Translations under genes and position numbers: made by a program
Notes under the pieces: model-generated
Database searches by the model: none
Seen by the model: the letters and a program-made list of their open reading frames with translations, nothing else
What the model was told of the DNA's origin: nothing
Shown: piece by piece, positions 37,675 through 43,229 of the stretch
Layout: every line of letters starts with the position of its first letter
Numbering within the stretch: position 1 is the stretch's first letter
Assembly: GCA_016181245.1 (NCBI GenBank)
Contig: JACOZR010000018.1
Location: forward strand, 1 to 43,229
DNA: 43,229 nucleotides
From: Candidatus Woesearchaeota archaeon
Lineage (GTDB): Archaea; Nanobdellota; Nanobdellia; SCGC-AAA011-G17; GW2011-AR20
Direction: 5' to 3'

Positions 37675-37678
37675 TTTT

Positions 37679-38233
37679 ATGAAGAAGAGGGCTGAAGAAA
37701 GTTCAAGCAGTGCCGGTTTGACTGTGGCTGGTTTGGTTATTTTTGCTATTGTTTTAGTTCTTATTACACCTGCTATTTCTAGGGCATGGTCTTTGCTTTT
37801 TGCTGAAGATGAGGATACAAGTCAGTCTACAAGAGAGTTTTATACCCAATTAGTTGACACTATAACTCAGTTGAAAGAAGGGAGTAAAACAGAACTCTTA
37901 TTTTCATTGAATAATGATTTTGTGCTAGTGGGGTTTCGAAAAGATCAAGACTCTTTTTCAGGAAGTTGTCAAGATATTTCTTTGGATGTTAAAAAACAGC
38001 TTCAGTGTAATGGAAAGGGGTGTATTTGTCTTTGCGAGAAAAGTACATTTACTAAAGAAATTTGCGGCTCTGAAGGAGATGTTTGCAATCCTTTTGAATT
38101 AGACGTTATTGATACTAAATCTGATTGCGGAATTCTTTTTGTTAAACCAAATATTGTGACTACTTTGGCCGTTACTAAGGATAAAATAAAAATTGATATT
38201 AATTCTTTAAATTCTAGAGAACTTGCCAATTGA
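37679..38233 (+). CDS. Class III signal peptide protein
   Basis: MKKRA|EE plus hydrophobic helix; CICLC motif. Confidence 0.85.
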   Translation: MKKRAEESSSSAGLTVAGLVIFAIVLVLITPAISRAWSLLFAEDEDTSQSTREFYTQLVDTITQLKEGSKTELLFSLNNDFVLVGFRKDQDSFSGSCQDISLDVKKQLQCNGKGCICLCEKSTFTKEICGSEGDVCNPFELDVIDTKSDCGILFVKPNIVTTLAVTKDKIKIDINSLNSRELAN

Positions 38234-38267
38234 AAACTAATATAAATTGCCGTTTGTTTTACATTAT

Positions 38268-38600
38268 ATGAATAATCACGGAAAAGAGGCAATAGCTATT
38301 CCTTTCTTATACTTGACTTATTTGGTTCTTGCTTTGACAATAGTATATCTTTTGTTTGCCTTTCTGGATGATCGAGTCACTGGAAATGATTTTTATAATC
38401 AATATACTGCTGAAGCTGTATCGCTTGCTTATGGTTTTGCTGAGGCTGCTCCAGGGAACTTATATGTCTCTTACACTGAAGATAAACCATATGACTTAGA
38501 AATGGAAGGTAATTTTATCTCTGTTAATAGGGAAGGGAGTAAGTTAATTGGTGATGCTTACATAATTCAAAATGGTTATTTAAATCAAGTTTATCAGTAA
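38268..38600 (+). CDS. Pilin-cluster membrane-anchored protein, possibly 3'-truncated
   Basis: ATG 38268: MNNHGKEAIAIPFLYLTYLVL...AAPGNLYVSY. Confidence 0.7.
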   Translation: MNNHGKEAIAIPFLYLTYLVLALTIVYLLFAFLDDRVTGNDFYNQYTAEAVSLAYGFAEAAPGNLYVSYTEDKPYDLEMEGNFISVNREGSKLIGDAYIIQNGYLNQVYQ

Positions 38601-38615
38601 AAAGAGAATTTTTAA

Positions 38616-39041
38616 GTAATCCCTATTATCTTTGTTTCTCTGATACTTATTGTTTTTTTTATTATTCCAAGTTCTTATGCACAAATTGATACAAGTAATG
38701 CTGATCATGTTGTTATTAAGAAAAATTTGCTATACAATTGTTTAGCTTATAATGATGTAAGAACCCATCCTGGAATTATTGATAGCAATTCTTTTAATGA
38801 GGATAGAATCCAGAGATGTTTGGGGTTTAGTGGTGATTCTTATGGGGTTATTCTTAACCTGAATTATGATGACAAGAATTCTGAAGTTTTTGTCAATAAG
38901 CGTATGACTGATAGAATTACTTTTTGTTCATCTAAAGGATCTTTTCAATGTAATAACGAAGATATTTATGTAACTATTTATGAAAAAGATCAACTAAAAA
39001 TAGGATTACTAAATATTAAAATTATAGGACTCAAAAAATGA
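38616..39041 (+). pseudogene. Pilin-cluster gene lacking a canonical start and signal peptide
   Basis: The frame of ORF 38727..39041 is open back to a TAA at 38613-38615 and encodes a TM helix (VIPIIFVSLILIVFFII) with no ATG/GTG/TTG before it. Confidence 0.55.
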
Positions 39042-39487
39042 AAAAAGGACAATATCAATATCTCCTGTTTATTTATGGATTGATTATTCTTATAATTGCT
39101 TTGCTATTTGGTGGTTTTCTTTTTTCTTTTAAATCTGGTACAGATGTCAAAACTTATCAAGACTATTCTAGTTTAGACATTAATTTTTTAAATTATCTTA
39201 GAACTCCTGTAACTATTAATGGATTGGGATTTTCTATGGGGGATTTGATTGTTTATAGTTATTATACGAATGATTTTAACAAATTGGATGAACAGACACA
39301 CTTGATTTTCAACAAGTTTTATGGAGAGAAATGCTCTTGGGAGGTCAGCTATTCTCTTAAGGAAAGCCAAAACTTTCATATTGTTAACAACTTAGGTTTA
39401 CTTCCTACTGATTCTCGTTCAGCTCATGCTATTATTCCCGGGTTTAAAGGAGAAAATATAAAGGTGGAGTTAAAAGAAAAATGTTAA
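39038..39487 (+). CDS. Class III signal peptide protein
   Basis: MKKG|QY plus hydrophobic helix; LNYLRTPV. Confidence 0.85.
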   Translation: MKKGQYQYLLFIYGLIILIIALLFGGFLFSFKSGTDVKTYQDYSSLDINFLNYLRTPVTINGLGFSMGDLIVYSYYTNDFNKLDEQTHLIFNKFYGEKCSWEVSYSLKESQNFHIVNNLGLLPTDSRSAHAIIPGFKGENIKVELKEKC

Positions 39488-40191
39488 ACAAAAAAGGAAA
39501 TTTACTTTTAGTTGTATATGCAGTATTACTTCTTATAGTATTTAACCCACTTTATGCTCTTGCTACAGATTCGAATAACAGAATTAATATTTTTAGATCA
39601 GATTTAGGACGGCTCCAAGAAAGCATCAATGATGCATATTTTAATACTGAAGTTGAATTGTTTAAATCTGACCAATTAATTAAATATGATGTTTATAGAA
39701 TCACAAATGAATTTGGAGAAAATGGAGGATATTCTAAGGATAATTTATGTGAGAAGAAAGATGGAGTTGTTGTTATAGACTTTAAGGATTGTAATCCGGA
39801 TTTAAATGCTAATTACATTGAGCTGTTTAAGAAATATTTTGATAAAGAAATTAAAGATTTAGAATTAAAGGATAATAGTTTAATTGGTGAGTTAGATGAA
39901 GTTAAATACGATAAAAAAGGAGAAAATTTTGAAATTGACTATAATGCAGCCAATAAATTCAAACAGGATACTTTAATTGACTTAAAATTCTTAAATGAGC
40001 TAAAAAATAGGGTTAACAGTTGTGTAGAAAGAAAACAGGACTTGAAAGATTGCGTTGGTGTTGAGTTTACAGAGAAAGACGGATATGCATTTTTTACTAT
40101 AGAAAATGATAAAAATGGCCTTATGATTCTAGAAGGTGAGGTTGTTGTAATAAAAAAACCTGCTTTTAAATTTGCTGTGAAAAATGATTAA
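39481..40191 (+). CDS. Class III signal peptide protein
   Basis: MLNKKG|NL plus hydrophobic helix. Confidence 0.82.
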   Translation: MLNKKGNLLLVVYAVLLLIVFNPLYALATDSNNRINIFRSDLGRLQESINDAYFNTEVELFKSDQLIKYDVYRITNEFGENGGYSKDNLCEKKDGVVVIDFKDCNPDLNANYIELFKKYFDKEIKDLELKDNSLIGELDEVKYDKKGENFEIDYNAANKFKQDTLIDLKFLNELKNRVNSCVERKQDLKDCVGVEFTEKDGYAFFTIENDKNGLMILEGEVVVIKKPAFKFAVKND

Positions 40192-41176
40192 TCTAAATTA
40201 TGAAGACATTATTACTAAGATTAAAGAGGATAGAGGATTGAGTGAAGACGAGATTAGTACTCGGGTAAATGAAAAAATTAACCAACTTGGCGATTTAATC
40301 AGCAAATCTGGTGCTGCACATATTGTTGCTAATGAGCTTGGTGTTAAGCTTTATGATCTTAAAAAAAGAAAGCTTAAGATTAAAGATTTGATTGCAGGTT
40401 TGAGTTCTGTAGACATTGTTGGAAAAGTTCTCACATTATATGGTATAAGAGACTTTGTTAGAAATAATACTCCTAGTAAAGTTGCAAGTATCTTGATAGG
40501 AGATGAAACTGGAACTGTGAGGGTAGTTATATGGGATACTAAACAAATTACGCATTTAGAGAACAATGATATTACTGAGGGAATGATTATTAGAGTAAAG
40601 AATGCATATGTCAAGGAAAATAATGGTTTCAAAGAGATGCATGTTGGAAGTAGGGGAGAATTAGAACTTAATGTAGATGAAGATATAGGTGAAGTAAGGT
40701 TTAGTTCTGCTGCTCCAGAAAGAAGAGAAAAAAGAAAGATAAGTGACTTAAAACACGGAGATTTTGCTAGTTTAAATGGTTATATTGTGCAACTCTTTGA
40801 GCCTAAATTTTATGAAGCTTGTGTTGAGTGCAATAGGAAAGTTCTCTTAGACAATGGAAAAGGGAGATGTGAACAGCATGGAGATGTAGAAACTAGAAAA
40901 AATGCTATTCTTAATTTCTATTTAGATGATGGGAGTGGGAATTTGAGAGTTGTAGCTTTTAGAGATAATGTCAAGAAATTAATACCTGATCCTGAAACAA
41001 TCCAAGGAGATGCTGAGAAATTTGAGGCTTGCAAAAATAAACTCTTAGGAAGCCTTATAACTGTTGATGGGAAGGCTGTAAAGAATATGATGTTTGAAAG
41101 GATTGAATTTTTAGCCAACAATATCCAGGAATTTGATGTTGATTCTAAGATTGATGAATTATTGAAAGAAATTTAA
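40184..41176 (+). CDS. rpa: Replication protein A (two OB folds plus zinc finger)
   Basis: KIKDL, GDETGTVRVVIW, CVEC...CEQHG, LDDGSGNLRVVAF. Confidence 0.92.
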   Translation: MINLNYEDIITKIKEDRGLSEDEISTRVNEKINQLGDLISKSGAAHIVANELGVKLYDLKKRKLKIKDLIAGLSSVDIVGKVLTLYGIRDFVRNNTPSKVASILIGDETGTVRVVIWDTKQITHLENNDITEGMIIRVKNAYVKENNGFKEMHVGSRGELELNVDEDIGEVRFSSAAPERREKRKISDLKHGDFASLNGYIVQLFEPKFYEACVECNRKVLLDNGKGRCEQHGDVETRKNAILNFYLDDGSGNLRVVAFRDNVKKLIPDPETIQGDAEKFEACKNKLLGSLITVDGKAVKNMMFERIEFLANNIQEFDVDSKIDELLKEI

Positions 41177-41472
41177 TCTGTTTCTATTTCAATTGGGCCT
41201 ATCCAACCAGCTATAAGGTTGTAAAGAAATGCGCCTATTAGTCCTGCTAGAAAACCCATTATTCCGTATAATATTGGAAATAATATTATTGCTGCTCCTC
41301 CATACATCATTGAACCAAATGTTGAGCCGTAGTTTGAACCCATCATACCAAAACCCATTGTAGGGATAATTGAGAATATTAAACCGAGAAATACGCCAAT
41401 TATAAGATAGATAATTCCCACAATTTTTCCTGTAGATAACACATCTATTTTTCTTATTCTTAATTTCTTCAT
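41173..41472 (-). CDS. Two-TM membrane protein (DUF3566-like)
   Basis: IRKIDVLSTGK...AFLYNLIAGWIGPIEIE. Confidence 0.8.
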   Translation of the reverse strand: MKKLRIRKIDVLSTGKIVGIIYLIIGVFLGLIFSIIPTMGFGMMGSNYGSTFGSMMYGGAAIILFPILYGIMGFLAGLIGAFLYNLIAGWIGPIEIETD

Positions 41473-41559
41473 ATTTTATTTAATCATTATTTTACTATAT
41501 ATAGTTTTTGTTGTTATTTTCTAGTAAAGTTAATAAGTAATCATTCTCCCCTTTTATTT

Positions 41560-42321
41560 ATGATTTTAGAAGATGAATTTGGGGATATTATAAAGAAAGC
41601 TAGAAATGGTTTAAAGATATCTTTAAATGATTTAGCCTTGAAAACTGGAATTAATGAGAAAGATATCTCTTTAATGGAATCTTACAAGTTAAGGCCTACC
41701 AAAGAACAGATTACTAAACTTTCTAAGTTTTTGGGATTAAATGGAAAGAAATTGATTAATATTTTTAATTGGGAACCTAAGAAATCTAAATTAGAATCTA
41801 ATTCTATTAAAGTTATTAAAATGGAGAATGATTATCATGGATACTTAGTTAATAGTTATATTGTTATTAAAGGTATAAATGCACTTTTAATTGATACTGG
41901 AGCTAATCCTCAAAATGCTTCGCATAAACTAAAAGAGTTAAATATTAAACTAAATGGGATATTATTGACACATGGGCATGGAGATCATACTTATGGTGCT
42001 GAAGAAATTAGCAAAAGATTTAATTGTGAAGTATTTAGAGATTTTGATTATGATAAAGATTTGAAAATAAAGAACTTTCATGTTAAAGTTATTTCTACTC
42101 CCGGTCATACCTCTAAGAGTTGCTCTTACTTGATTGATAATTTTTTATTTGTTGGAGATGAATTATTTGCTGGATCTATTGGTAATTCTGAAATTCCTTA
42201 TGAAAAACATTTAGAGATTATTAGGAAGAAGATATTGTCTTTAGATGATGATGTAATATTACCTGGACATGGGCCTGTTACAACAGTGAAAGAAGAGAAA
42301 GAAAATAATCCTTTCTTTTGA
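41560..42321 (+). CDS. XRE-type HTH fused to a metallo-beta-lactamase-fold hydrolase
   Basis: N-terminal IKKARNGLKISLNDLALKTGI HTH; THGHGDH, PGHT, GDELF, PGHG. Confidence 0.9.
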   Translation: MILEDEFGDIIKKARNGLKISLNDLALKTGINEKDISLMESYKLRPTKEQITKLSKFLGLNGKKLINIFNWEPKKSKLESNSIKVIKMENDYHGYLVNSYIVIKGINALLIDTGANPQNASHKLKELNIKLNGILLTHGHGDHTYGAEEISKRFNCEVFRDFDYDKDLKIKNFHVKVISTPGHTSKSCSYLIDNFLFVGDELFAGSIGNSEIPYEKHLEIIRKKILSLDDDVILPGHGPVTTVKEEKENNPFF

Positions 42322-42369
42322 AAAAAATAAAACCAAAAGGTATATATATATTAAATCCTTAAAAAATTC

Positions 42370-43229
42370 ATGCAAAAAAAATATTTGGTGATTTTTAGTT
42401 TAATCTTATTCTCTATGTTTATTATTGCTGGATGTAAAGAAGGAGCTGTTGGGGGTCCAATTACTAAGAAAAATAATGGGGTCTTATGTAACACTAATAA
42501 TGACTGCTTGAGTGGATCATGTTTCGGACCTGCAAATGGTGCAAAATATTGCCAAATCTTACCTGTAGCTGGAGTAACTGAAACAAAACAGTTATCTTGT
42601 TCTAGTACTAAGGATGAATTTTGTCCAAGTTCTTGTGCGGCTGGAACAGATTATGATTGTTGTATAAATAAAGGAGCTTATTGGACTGTTAGTGATCAGG
42701 GTATTGAAGGGTGTTTTGATACTCTTTATAGTGGAGTACAACCTCTTGGAAATGATAGGTATATGTTTCCTTCTGGTAAATATCTTATCAAAGATGGATT
42801 GATAATAACACTTGTAAAGGTTGGGTCTGGAGGAGATGTAGCCGTTGATGTAGATGGTACATCTCAAATTATTGCATATCAACAAACTGTAACTGTTTTA
42901 GGTGGTTTACAAATTACTAATTTAGATCAGTTTTATGATTCAAAGGATCAAAGTTTTAGTTCTGCAATTCTGTCAACTAAATTAACTCCTCTTAAGGGTC
43001 CTACACAACCTACACAAACATGTGCAACTTATACATCTCAGGATGTATGTGGAAGAAATAATTGTGTATGGGATGTTGGGTCAAACAGATGTGATACTAA
43101 GGTTGTTAGAGAACCAGCATCCATATCTAACACGGTGTGTTCAAAATTATCTATAACGGCGTGTAATACACAGTATACAAGGTGTAAGGTAATTAATAGT
43201 GTATGTGTTGATTTATTGGTAAAATCTTC
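42370..43229 (+). CDS. Cys-rich surface lipoprotein, partial (runs off the window)
   Basis: Not in the ORF track; ATG 42370 MQKKYLVIFSLILFSMFIIAGC (lipobox), CNTNNDCLSGSC and other Cys modules; open to the end. Confidence 0.88.
   Translation, partial: MQKKYLVIFSLILFSMFIIAGCKEGAVGGPITKKNNGVLCNTNNDCLSGSCFGPANGAKYCQILPVAGVTETKQLSCSSTKDEFCPSSCAAGTDYDCCINKGAYWTVSDQGIEGCFDTLYSGVQPLGNDRYMFPSGKYLIKDGLIITLVKVGSGGDVAVDVDGTSQIIAYQQTVTVLGGLQITNLDQFYDSKDQSFSSAILSTKLTPLKGPTQPTQTCATYTSQDVCGRNNCVWDVGSNRCDTKVVREPASISNTVCSKLSITACNTQYTRCKVINSVCVDLLVKS

Noticed and set aside
2689-38615. Alternative genetic code or stop-codon readthrough suggested by in-frame stops at 2975 and 38598/38613
   Set aside because: All conserved genes translate fully with the standard code and end in TAA, TAG or TGA. 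The lesions are local.
580-42885. Numerous 60-150 aa ORFs antisense to or nested in real genes (e.g. 580..795, 1989..2279, 7801..8088, 13965..14390, 18946..19395, 42592..42885)
   Set aside because: Shadow ORFs overlapping well-supported genes, with no motifs and the F/L/S/I-rich composition expected from AT-rich antisense strands.

Overview
AT-rich archaeal chromosome segment. Leaderless genes behind BRE-TATA promoters, PolD, LonB and a class III pilin array suggest a DPANN (Woesearchaeota-like) genome; that taxonomic call is inference. Left to right: (1) an accessory island (1-3.1 kb) with a tyrosine recombinase, two PD-(D/E)XK-type nucleases and a 692-bp cassette bounded by a perfect 31-bp direct repeat, holding a DUF3800-like ORF and a convergent structured ncRNA candidate; (2) two coiled-coil/winged-helix genes surrounded by three distinct families of phased DNA repeats; (3) argS; (4) a fractured lonB gene whose two halves carry a cysteine-free split intein starting with Thr, separated by a free-standing LAGLIDADG endonuclease and a divergent 46-aa Arc-like ribbon-helix-helix gene; (5) a probable oriC (ORB boxes plus AT-rich unwinding element) ahead of cdc6-DP1-DP2; (6) housekeeping genes including a split Hef (helicase and ERCC4 nuclease); (7) a type IV pilus locus with ATPase, TadC-like protein and about 11 pilin-like genes running into RPA; (8) an HTH-MBL hydrolase and a partial Cys-rich lipoprotein. 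The strongest candidates for something new are the split-intein Lon locus, the ORF+ncRNA cassette and the wHTH/repeat locus. No database searches were run; family calls come from motifs read by eye.
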